Origin: Octopus bimaculoides
Taxonomy: Eukaryota
DNA length: 64,000 nucleotides
Direction: 5' to 3'
NCBI RefSeq assembly: GCF_001194135.2
Contig: NC_068981.1
Coordinates: forward strand, 155,168,971 to 155,232,970
A model generated the notes under the pieces. The model ran no database searches, was not told the origin of the DNA, and saw only the letters and a list, made by a program, of their open reading frames with translations. A program made the position numbers and the translations under genes. Shown one piece after another: positions 53,030 through 64,000 of the stretch; positions within the stretch are counted from its first letter, which is position 1, and every line of letters starts with the position of its first letter.

Positions 53030-53690
53030 ATATAATGGAGCAGAATACAGTAAGCAACTGCAGAATATGTGGGGATAGGGAAAAAACAATTACATTATCT
53101 CTGGCTGTCCAGTCTTAGCCAAGAGAGAATACATCCACAGGTGTGTCAGAGTTGGGTAATACACTGGAAATTATGTCATGAAACATTAACAGAAAAAAGA
53201 TGTATAGGCAAGCCTCAGAAAAAGTTTCCAAGAATGACAAAGCAATCATGCTCTGGAGTATGCCAATACACACAGTCATGGAGATCAAGCATAATCGACT
53301 ACATATTGTTTGGCAAGGACTATTGGGAAAAGAACTAACTGCCTTCTAATTGATACATAGGTCCCGAGAGATGATAATATATCACTAAAGGAGATGGAAA
53401 AATTACTCAAATAGAAAGATCTGGAAATAGAGATAATCTGATTGTAAGGCCTGAATACAGAAGTAATCCCTTTGGGAATGAAAGAAAGAAAAATATTGAC
53501 AAATACATCACCAAAATCCCAGGATTTATTAAAATGCATAACATAAAAAATTACACCTCTAAACATCTCATACATATTACATAGGGTACTTTCAATATTG
53601 CAAAAATAACAAAACAAAAGCATACAGAGCAAGCGCTGTTCAGTAGTGTAGTGAAAGCCCACAATAAAAATATGACTGCTAACTAATTAT
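53030..53690 (+). mobile_element. 3' fragment of an RLE-type (R4/R2-like) non-LTR retrotransposon
   Basis: Broken frames read SNCRICGDREKTI..ISGCPVLAKREYIH (CCHC knuckle), IHWKLC, NDKAIMLWSMPIHT, LLID, SLKEMEK...KDLEIEI and KYITKIPG. Confidence 0.8.
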
Positions 53691-54353
53691 AATAATGGTT
53701 TCAAATTTTGGCACAAGGCCAGCAATTTTGTGGAGTGGGTAATTGTTGGTGATATTCCATAATAATGTCTTACTTTTTACCTGACAACAGATAGAGTAAA
53801 TTGCTCTGTCCAGAAATGGAATTTATATACTAGCAGCCAACTGATTTGAGCTCATGGCCCATGAACAGATAATTCACTACCTTCATGTCCCTAATTTTAG
53901 AAGGGTCAATGTTGCAATAATCTCTTATAGACATTCTCTTAAAAATAAAAACTTTTGGAAAATTACTTCAAGAAAATCACTTAACAATTTACTAAAATTG
54001 ATTCTATAGAAAATTGATAAAAAGATTAAACTTCTTTTTCCCCTCTTTAGAACTGCATTCATCTATAAGAAGCTCACTTTCATGTTTGTATTTCCTTTTT
54101 CCTTTAACCACCAAATTTCAACAGCTAAAGCAGTTTAATCTTGCAATCAGATTAAAATAATAAAGATGGTAGAATGTTAGCTCATCCCCAATCCTGATAA
54201 TGGAGGATTAAAGATATTTTCTCATAGCATTGCCTATACCTCTTTCCAGGACTTCCAAGACTGGTGACAGCATCAAAGTAGATGTTGTTAAATGGACCCA
54301 TATGCCAAGTGGTTATTATTGTTGTTGTTATTGTTATTGTAGTTTAACCCCAA

Positions 54354-54400
54354 GTAAAATATGATCAAGGTAAAATATGATCAAGGTAAAATATGATCAA
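54354..54400. repeat. Three tandem copies of a 16-bp unit (gtaaaatatgatcaag)
   Basis: Directly visible. The third copy lacks the final base. Confidence 0.9.
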
Positions 54401-56173
54401 AAGCGCTCCAGCTGTGGCCATCTCAACTTCTTTGTGCATCTAGGACAACATTGTTTAATGTGCCCTTTTTTGAACAGTGGGGTGTGATTGAAAGCAAGCT
54501 GGTTGTTATTTCTAGTGGGCTGAGCAAATACATAGAGATTATCACAATAGTTCAGATGGTGGTGTTAACATAAGCCACAACAGTAACTCCACAGAAAATT
54601 CACCAATACACCACTCATATATTAAAATGATTACTATTGCTTTGGAAGGTGAGTTATCCAATTCATTAGTGCCCTCATTTAAGGAAGCATTGGACAGGGG
54701 TAGCTGCACCCACACCATTACACAGAATTGACAGTCCCTCCTCACAAATTATTGGGTATTAAAAAAAAATTATTAGTTAGTAATTATACAAACAAGTTTT
54801 GATAGAATTTTTTGCTCATATAACTGAACTTTGTATGTTTTAATCCAGCTCTGAGTCTTAAATAGCTTTAAATAAAGAGCTATATGCTGTAGTACTGTGA
54901 GATGAATTAGAGATTAATATTAATCTATTTCACCTCTTAACACAATATAGATACACCTTCTTTTCTGAGATAGTAAGCTGAACCAATAATGAAGCTTCTA
55001 TCCAGTAGCTCAACTTGCTAGAAAAAGCAGCTAAATTTTCTAAAATCACACTAATTGGATTGATTACAAGGAAGGCTGTATCCACATCCTTTAATGTTTT
55101 GCCATTAAGATTACTCTGTCAAATATGATATTTATAATACTTATTTATATTGTTTTGAATTAATCCTGCATTGTCTCACAGCTTCAAGATTTAGATGATC
55201 TGATTGTTTATTTTTAGAATGAAGTTGTAGGGTAAGTATAAGAGGGTGGATCTGGTCAGTTTGAACATAAAACAGGTGGAATATAGGGGTCAGATATGAC
55301 TAGTTTAAGGGTTAAAGGTCTTCAGAGGCTGGTGAGATTAATGAAGTTAAAATTCCTCTTGAACAGTTGTAACTCTATGGTAAATAACTGCAGAGAAGTT
55401 CTGGGAAGGAAGGACTCAGCATAATGATTATTGCAGAGCTTGTTGGGGTGGACACAATATGGATGACAAAAGAAAAAAAGAGAAAAGTAAGCCAAGATGG
55501 TCGACATTCTGGGAAGGAAGGAGTAAGAAAAATCACTAGTGTGAGATCTGGGAGGTTTGACACAACACAGGTGATTAAGGAGGAGAGATGTGTGATTTAG
55601 AAATGTCTGAGTGGAAGTGATCCAAGAATAATTAGTTTCATTATAATGGCTATTGAAAAGGCAGTGAGAGAAGACAACATGAAAGGCTGGAGCATATCTG
55701 CAAATGACTGTATGTCAATCAGACTGAAAGATCTCTTTTTGGATGCAATCTAGGATAACTGAGTTTGCAGCAACAACACCAACAATACTCCATTGTTTGG
55801 TTCATCTAACAGAAGGGAATATGAGAAATGGAGCTTAAACATATTCACAGTTTGATAAAATGAATAACTCCAAAATATGTTGGCAATGCCATTATTTGTT
55901 TGTTGGTTAAATTTATTTTTCAAACTTTACAAAATAATCTTCTTTTTCTTATGCCAAGTACAGTTATTTTACAGTTATTTTATTACTATTACTTGTTTCA
56001 ATCACAAACTCTCAATTAATTCTTCAGGTTAAGGAATTTCAAGTGCAATCATTTAAGATTTGTAATCATACAATGCCACCATGGGACCCTTCACATAGTT
56101 TGTACCTTGTTTAAAAGGTTTGCTCTCGAAATTATTAAGTCTTTTTGATTTAATCAATGATGTGTTCAACATT

Positions 56174-56409
56174 ATCTTTTATCTTTCACTTGTTTCAGTC
56201 AATGGACTGTGGCCATGTGGGGCATTGCCTTTGAAGGTTTAGTCAAACAAATTGGTCACAGAATGTATTCTTTAAGTCTAGTGCTTATTCTATTATTTTC
56301 CTTTGCTGTATTACTAAGTTATGGTGTATTACCAAGACTAGTGGTGGTGGGGGACAAACATAACACAAACACATAAGACACACACACGCACACACGTTTG
56401 TGTGTGTGA

Positions 56410-56442
<33 letters not shown>

Positions 56443-56612
56443 AATAATATATGACAGGCTTCTTTCTGTCTACCAAATCCATTCACAAGGATTTGATTAG
56501 CTCAGGGCTATAGCAAAAGACGCTTGACTGAGGTGCCACACAATTGGAGAGAACCCAAGACCCAAGACATGGTTGGGAAGCAAGCTTTTCAGCCACACAG
56601 CCACACCCACAC
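56174..56612 (-). mobile_element. Full-length, older family A SINE
   Basis: Colinear with the 43422-43789 copy from tail to head. Confidence 0.8.
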
Positions 56613-57184
56613 CTATATAAAGAAATTTTAAAACAAAACTAAACAAAAACAAAAATCAAATAAGCCGCTTATAATACAGTTTACTGAGAGTTATAACTGG
56701 TGGAGGTGACAAGAAATTGGACTGTGAGTTGAAGGGTCATAATTTACAGTCAGTTACATTGTGTGATAGCCATGCCCAGACACTTTATTTTTATTGGCTA
56801 TGTTCAGATACCACAATGAGATTGTTGTTGCAATTATAGTTGTTTAGCCTCAGATTAACCCTGACCAATATATGACCAAAGGTATTCCAGTCATATCCAT
56901 TCTGTTTATTTTCAAACACAGTGTGTATCTAGGACTATACTACCCAAAACGCCCTGTTTGTGAGATGGTACAGTGTGGTTTAGAGAAAGTTTGACAGTTA
57001 TTTCTAGCAGGTAAAAGCATCCTAGTTGACTAACTGAAGATGGTAGGGTGTGATGAGAGCGAGGTTTAGCTGTTACTCCTAGTAGGTCAAACAACTGTGT
57101 ACAAATACAAGCTCTTGCTGACTCACACATCATTCTTAGTTGTTTAAGATGGTGAGGTATGATTTGAGGGATATTTGGCCACTT

Positions 57185-57780
57185 GGATCTTTTTTAAAAC
57201 GGGGGCCACATTTTTCATTAACGAAACACTTTGAAACTTGGATCACTGGTAGAATGTGTCATATAAAACATCTTTTTCTCTTAGTCTTCTTAAAAAAAAA
57301 AGAAATCCATAAATTATTCCATGTTAAAGTTGTCGTATTTCTGTAATTTCAACCAATCACTGACGTCCATTCAGCCGATATACATTAAGTGCCGACTACA
57401 TAAACAAACGATTCTGAAACAATTAACCCTAACCCTAACTCTAACTCTAACCCTAACCCTAACCCTAGGGTTAGAGTTAGGGTTAGGGTTAGGGTTAGGG
57501 TTAGGGTTAAAGCAAATTTAAAATGAAAAAAGCAAATAAAACGAAGAATCGTTTGTTTATGTAGTCGGCACTTAATGTATATCGGCTGAATGGACGTCAG
57601 TGATTGGTTGAAATTATCGAAATAAGACAATTTTTTACATGAAATAAATTCGAATACAAAAATATTTTTCTGTTCTATAACACAAAATAGATAAGTATAC
57701 GAAGTTTGAAAGTCTTTCGGTACCAAAAGCACTACGTAAAACATTAGTGAAAAATATGGCCCCCGTTTTAAAAAAGATCC
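57185..57780. mobile_element. Foldback / MITE-like DNA element, 596 bp, with 8-bp TSD and a central telomeric-repeat palindrome
   Basis: TSD ggccactt at 57177-57184 and 57781-57788. TIRs start GGATCTTTTTTAAAACGGGGGCCA (24 bp perfect). Inner arms 57344-57415 and 57545-57616 are a perfect 72-bp inverted repeat. The centre is 7 AACCCT-type units followed by 7 AGGGTT-type units. Confidence 0.92.
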
Positions 57781-58777
57781 GGCCACTTTGTCTAGCAACC
57801 ATGTAAAGGCATCTTTGCAGACTTATTTCTTGTTTGATGCTGTTGTGTTACTATGGGAAGGAACTTATGTTGTCTTCAGGTTGCCTTAGGGCCATATCAC
57901 TATCATTGATTTATGGTATCTATTGAAGAAAGAATACATTTGTTCCTCAACATAATCAATAAAAATAAAAATAAAAACAAGAGCCAATGAGGGAGCCCTT
58001 ACACAGCTGCACAACTTACTAGAAATAGCAGAAACAGTCACCTCAGAATACTTGTTACAGGCATAATAAAGGAATTACACACAAAATACTGTAACTGGGA
58101 TAAATTATGTTTGAATAAAAAACAGCATGAGTACAACTGAAATGGCTTCAAGCATATGGTCTGCTTAATATGGGCAGACCTAAATTTCCACTCTCTGAAA
58201 AGACTAAACAGAAGCAATAACATATTACAGTTTGAAGTTATCAGACCCCTGCTAAAAGCTGTTTAATTTTCATATAAAATTAAAAATTTGAATATGCTCA
58301 TATATGTCTTTTATTCTATACATCTTATTAATTATTTACATACTTTTTCATATGGTATAATCAGACATTGTTAGCCCTATTTTTTAGAGGCACCGAGACT
58401 GGGAGAGTTTATCTTTTCACCAGAGACATAATTCTCATGCTTACAATAGAGAAAAATCTGCTAAAAGCACTCAATATTGAGATGGTGGATTAAGTCCACC
58501 CTCCATGAAGAGGAACAGTTTCTAATGAGCTTCCACATGGTTTCTGTCTGTAATTTCACTCAAAAAGCTTTAGTTAACCCAAAGCTATAGCAGAATTTAT
58601 TTGCCTATTTCCCCACATAGTAAGATTGATCAGGGCTTTATTGTACAGTTTAATTTCTCTTCTTGAAGGACTTTTTTTCATAATCATTCCTTATGCTTTT
58701 ACATGGTTGCTAGACATAGCAGCCAAATTTTAGGGATATTTTTCATTTGACAGCTATATGAAGATATTCTGTATTAA

Positions 58778-58997
58778 CCCTTTAGCATTTGGATTACTCT
58801 CTCAAATGTAATGTGTAATTAGTCACATTATTTTGATTTAATTATGTATTACCTTGTAGCTTTGGGATTTTGATGATGTGATTGTTTATTTTTAGAATGA
58901 CATTGTAGGATAGATGTGAGAGGCCAGATCTGGCAAGTTTGAACATAAAACAGGTAGAATAATTGGGTAGGATATGGCTGATTTAAATGTTAAAGGA
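58778..58997. mobile_element. piggyBac-like MITE
   Basis: ttaa|ccctttagcattt start, and the same body as 15388-15587. Confidence 0.75.
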
Positions 58998-59123
58998 TTA
59001 TGTATTGCATATTGAAACTATGTGTAAATGATGACATTGACAGCCTCTACCTTGCAGTGAGACTAAATTAGACATGTTTTCTGGACCAGAATAACCATAA
59101 TATTTCTCTCTCTCTCTCTCTCA

Positions 59124-59158
<35 letters not shown>

Positions 59159-60259
59159 CAATTCCTGAGCAGGTAGGGGAAATAGATGTACAATGGTCGG
59201 CGTTTAATATTCTAGTGTGCCAGATAAGGGAAGAGCTAGAGCTAAACAACAACAACAACAACAGCAGCAGTAGCAGCAGCAATAACAAATGCAACAAATA
59301 TACAACAGCCAATCCTGTATGAAGATAATTTCCTTTACAATTATATTTCACTTGGGAGAGTTGATAATTATGTAATTGTATTAAGAACAACCTCAAGAGT
59401 AATCTTAGGAGAGAAACTTGTGAGACATTTGTGATAGACCTAATGCATTTCCATAGACCTGTTGCATGCGTTTGGACCATGTCTATAGTCTAAGGATAAT
59501 GATGCATTGCTTTCTACTGCAGTAAACCATGAGTAATGGGTTCTATTCCACTTTGCTCCCACACCAGCAACACAGAAATGGGATATAAGTACTACCTCTT
59601 CCTCCACTGAAAAAAATAAAATTATTTAGGAGACATTTTCTTAGTATTACAGAATTTGTTTGACCACAAAAACAATTACTAAAAACTGCATTCAGAGTTC
59701 TACAAATAAGTTACATACTAAACAATGTCGATACCTTCATTATGTTGATTTTTTTCAAAGAATTATTATATTTGCAAATGCAATTTATTTCAATGATAAA
59801 CTTTAAAAACAAAAAAGGAAAGAAAATTCTAGATTCTTATAATATGTTTCCTGGCAGAAGGCCAAACAAAGATTCTTTCAAGAAAATATTTGCAATTTTG
59901 CCAGAAAATGCAGACTTAAAATGATTTCTCCGTTCAATTAAAATTTTTATTATTTTACTTTCAGTTACAAAAGTTAAACAAAGAATTATAAATTTCACAA
60001 CATATTTACAAATCATGAAAACTTTTGAACAATTGATGCCGACCATTGTACATTTAATTTCCCTACCTGCTCAGGAATTGATGAGTGCACATGTGTGTGT
60101 ATGCACACATGTGTGCCTGCATCTAAAGTAGGTATTCTGATCTAGAAAACAAATGCCTAATTTAGTCTCTCAGAAAACAATATCATTATTTTCAGATGGT
60201 TTCCATGTACAACTGCCAAAAGATCAAATGACAAATATCCCAAAATTCCTTGTTTCTCT

Positions 60260-60480
60260 TTAATCATCATCATCATTATCATCAATTAACGTCCATTTTC
60301 CATGCTGGTATGGGTTGGCTGATTTGACTGAAAACTGGTAAGCTGGAGAGCTACACCAGGTTCCAATCTGATTTGGCTTGTTTCTACATCTGAATGCCTT
60401 TCCTAACACCAACCACTCCAAGAGTGTAGTGGGTGCTTTTTTACATGCCATCAGTTATGTAATGCCAGCATCAGCCATGA
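60260..60480 (-). mobile_element. SINE tail
   Basis: catcatcat...aacgtccattttccatgctgg...tgcctttcctaacaccaaccactccaagagtgtagtgggtgc. Confidence 0.8.
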
Positions 60481-61350
60481 CTACGATCTCATGTGGCTTG
60501 ACATGAATAATTCAAGAGCAGTCAAACCACAAAATAAAGTAGTAGATAATGGCTTGTTTATATGATTAAGAAGTCCATACCACACCTATATCATTTCAGG
60601 TTCAAGAGTAAGTATATTCTACTATAGTCTTAGGTTGACCAAAGCCTTATAAGTGAAATTTGGCCAACAGAAACCATGTAGAAGCTCATCAGAGAGACCA
60701 TTTCTTTTCTTGGAGGGTGTACTTAATCCTCCACCTGGATATTGAGAGCTTTTAGCCAAGTATACTTTATTGCAAACATTTGAGCCATGTCTCTACAAAA
60801 GTATCAACGGTGCTACCCATTCTCCTCTGACTCTATCGCTTGAAATAAACAAATAAATAAATGGAATAAAGCACATATATGAATAAATTTAAATTTTAAA
60901 TTTCATGTGAAAATCAAACAACTTTCATCTGTGGGCTGATAATTACAAACATTAATATTTTATTACTTCAATTTAGTTTTTTCAGGAAGAGCAAATTAAT
61001 TTCTGGTTGGTGTGGGCTCTTTCTATACAAATTGTACTTTTTATACAATAATTGATTTCTCTTTACCAGTTGTAACTAATTTTTATAGAGACGAGTGTAT
61101 AATTGATTGAACTAACCCTGATATATAACTGTGTCTTAGTCAAGCCTTTGAGTGAAGCCTACATATGATCTCAGCCAGTTAGAAATAATAGATGAATCTT
61201 TCTCAGTTTCTACACTATCATTTTGCAAAAAAACAAACAAAAAAAAAAACAAAAAAAGAAATGGATGCATTAGTTACTCCTAGAAGGATAGAAGGACAAG
61301 ATGGTCATGGTTGGAGTGGCTCATGTTTTCTCAAAGTTGATCTGGGGTTA

Positions 61351-61385
61351 AACAACAACAACTCCTCCTCCTCCTCCTCCTCCTC

Positions 61386-61467
<82 letters not shown>
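61351..61467. repeat. Compound (AAC)n(CTC)n(TAC)n microsatellite
   Basis: Directly visible. It explains the poly-Tyr, poly-Ser and poly-Val ORFs. Confidence 0.97.
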
Positions 61468-62944
61468 ATATTTTATTAGCCCTTGTGTAATAAATGGCAA
61501 AGCTATTACCAATGGGATTTGAAATGAAAGCATCAAAAAATGAGACTAAAATCTCTATGGTATTTTGTCTCATGATCTAATTTTTCTGCCAACATACTAT
61601 TCACATTTTCTTTATTATTGATTTCTCACATTGGTAGAAAGCTGGAAATATGTAAACACAGGTGCAGTAAGCCAATTAAATCGACCCCAGTAAATGCCTG
61701 TGTTTATTTTATCTTCAGTTAGATGAAAAGCTATGTCAACCCTCAGCAGGATTTGAACTCAAATATCAAAAGAGACGAAGTTAATTACTGTAAGACATTT
61801 GCATCTGGTATGGCCACTGCTTTTGAAACTTCATTTCCCGTCACTGTTTACATATTGATTGGAAAGGAAAATTACATTTCTAGCTATTTTGCTTAGCTTT
61901 ATATTATTTTGTATTGCTATTTCAATATAAAGTTTATTATTTTATGGTGAAAAAAGAATGTCTTTTTTTTTTTTATTTAACAGATGTTTCAGTTATTTTT
62001 GTATAAATGCTCCTACAATTTATATTGCTGTTAAAAAAAATTGCATGTTAATTATTCTAAGTCATTTTTTTTTAACAGTTAGACACAATTCATTTTATTG
62101 GCACCTCAACAATGAATTGAAATTGATACTTATTATTTTCTATTAAGGTAAACTGAAACAAGTAATTGAATGATTTCAAAATTCAGTTTATTTATTCATA
62201 TAAATAATATTTAAGCTTTGGTTTCCCTTTTCCATTTTATTCATGAACCACAATTTCTGCTTCTTGAATATAAGTAAATAAAGATTTTTCTCCCACTATG
62301 ACAGGGAGAAATGTTTTTATAGCAATTAATATTAAATATGAATTCCAGCATCTAAATATATATCTAATGTAAACAATTATTTCGTAATAATTGTATGTTA
62401 CAAAGAAAAAGAGCTTGAGATTTTTGAGGAAGTTTTGATGGGAAGTTGTGATATTGATATTTGCTACCAAAATTAAAATAGGTTTGTGAATGGTAGAATA
62501 GAAAGACTAGCACTAAATATCATATATTTATTTATGACTCTGCAAAAGGTCTCAATACATATCTACTGAGAGTGATTTTGACAGGAGTGCTAAAATACAT
62601 GTTAGTTTTATATATATATATATATATATAATTGTTGTCAATTCAGTATATATATATTGTTGCCAATTCAGTCGCTTACCTATTTTTACATCAAATGTAT
62701 AGACTTGTTAGACATAAATTAAAAAACTAATACATAAAGACATAGATTTTGGTCAAAATTTCCAACCATAAGTGTCCAACCAATCTATCAAGTGCACTAC
62801 TAGGCTTATTGAATTTGTGTGTCTTTCCAAATAAATTAGTAATATAATTGATTTGGCATGACTTGCTTTGGGAATCAAACCCAAGTGACATGTTAGGGTG
62901 TTCAGAAATTCGTTATATATTTTCCATAGAAAGAGAAGAGCAAA

Positions 62945-64000
62945 TGTCAATTAAGTTTTCTTGAATATAATTTATCAATTATGTAATCACCATCATTATC
63001 AATGACTGCAGTTCCTCAAATAACCAAATTTTTTCTTTGTTTAAAAAATTATGTTTTTTTGCTTCCTGCAAAAGTGCTTGGCATAATGTTTCCAATGTCT
63101 TCTTTGTTTCTAAATGTTCTGCCCTCCATATCATTTTCTAACAATTGAAACAAGTGAAAATCCATAGGTAATAAATTTGATAAGTATAGAGATGCCCTGT
63201 GCTAATGATCTTTACCTGGGTTTATTTCAGAGTCATGCTGGAGAATAACACCTTTTTGGTTTACCAAAAACTGGCCTCTTTCAGAGTAATGCTTCATTTG
63301 CCCAATTAAGTTAATGGTAAAAGATGTCAGTATTAATGGTATATTTTGTTCCAGTACCTCATAACAGACAACACTATTCATGCTCTACCAGTTGCACAGG
63401 AAGAATTCTGTTAATAATGCTCTGGTTTTGGTGTTGGCACCAGTTTCTTATTTACTGATTAACAGTATCTTTTTCTTTCTTGGTAGTGTCCATTTTCCTC
63501 ACCAGTAACAATGCAGTGCAGAAACAAGATCCTGTTATTCTTGGGTTAGAGACTGCTGCAGATGGTGGAACATTCTGTTTGGTTTTCAAGTGAGATTTCA
63601 TAAGGAAGCCAAATCCCTTCTTTGCATTTTTTTCTCAATTTATGCAAGATGCTTATGGACAGTTGAACATGGCACATTCAGTTTCTGCACCAACTTTCTG
63701 GTGCTTTCTTGAACATATGAGTCAGCTTTTCTCATAAAAGATTATTGGCCAGAACAAAGCTTATTGGAAAGATCATAATCTCCATTGATAAACTTCTGAA
63801 AGTACAAGTGGCATTTGTGAGCTTTCATTGCATCATGATATACAACACAAATGTTTTTCATTGCTTGTATTGCAGTACTACTGCTCTTTCAAAATTCATA
63901 CAGTAAGCAATGACAAATGCTTCTCTTTGAAGTTTTTATCTTCCATGGGGTTAAACCTTTACATTATCAATGACACTGCTGGATAGAAGTGATGATAAGC
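62945..64000 (-). mobile_element. Decayed Mariner (Tc1/mariner) transposase, running off the window end
   Basis: Minus-strand broken frames read FLHCIVTGEE (VTGDE-like), VVCYEVLEQN, KGVILQHD (HDNA-like), DFHLFQLLENDMEGRTFRNKED and VIDNDGDYIIDK. Confidence 0.85.

Noticed and set aside
55330-55700. Purine-rich stretch with a repeated ttctgggaaggaagga, possibly a LINE endonuclease remnant
   Set aside because: No catalytic motif could be read convincingly in any frame.
57424-57510. Chromosome end-to-end fusion scar
   Set aside because: A fusion gives (TTAGGG)n(CCCTAA)n. Here the order is (CCCTAA)n(TTAGGG)n, and it lies inside a TIR/TSD-bounded element.

Overview
AT-rich, SINE- and microsatellite-dense animal genomic DNA with three N gaps. 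The repeat families and the RXR sequence suggest a mollusc, probably an octopus (inference from recognition, not from a search). The only clear host gene is the 5' half of the retinoid X receptor gene (RXR/NR2B) on the minus strand. Exon 14494-14908 encodes the A/B domain and the start of zinc finger 1, and exon 3006-3163 encodes the rest of the DNA-binding domain up to KRE. The hinge and ligand-binding exons lie beyond position 1. Reading splice signals by eye gave three candidate phase-1 first coding exons (MDTSDI, MAHLPFGHYRNP, MWLIGNGARAGYETTNNSIP), a candidate non-coding leader exon and a candidate 12-nt T-box microexon (GVNF). The ~31 kb upstream has no recognisable host gene and is a patchwork of tRNA-derived SINEs, MITEs and decayed LINE and Mariner relics. 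Two elements stand out. One is a head-to-head pair of tRNA-headed elements carrying a Penelope-type minimal hammerhead ribozyme motif inside a single 13-bp target-site duplication (49172-49698). The other is a 596-bp foldback element with an 8-bp TSD whose axis is a (CCCTAA)7/(TTAGGG)7-type palindrome (57185-57780). Nearly all entries in the ORF track are artefacts of microsatellites, N runs or chance. Coordinates were counted by hand, and repeat boundaries are approximate.
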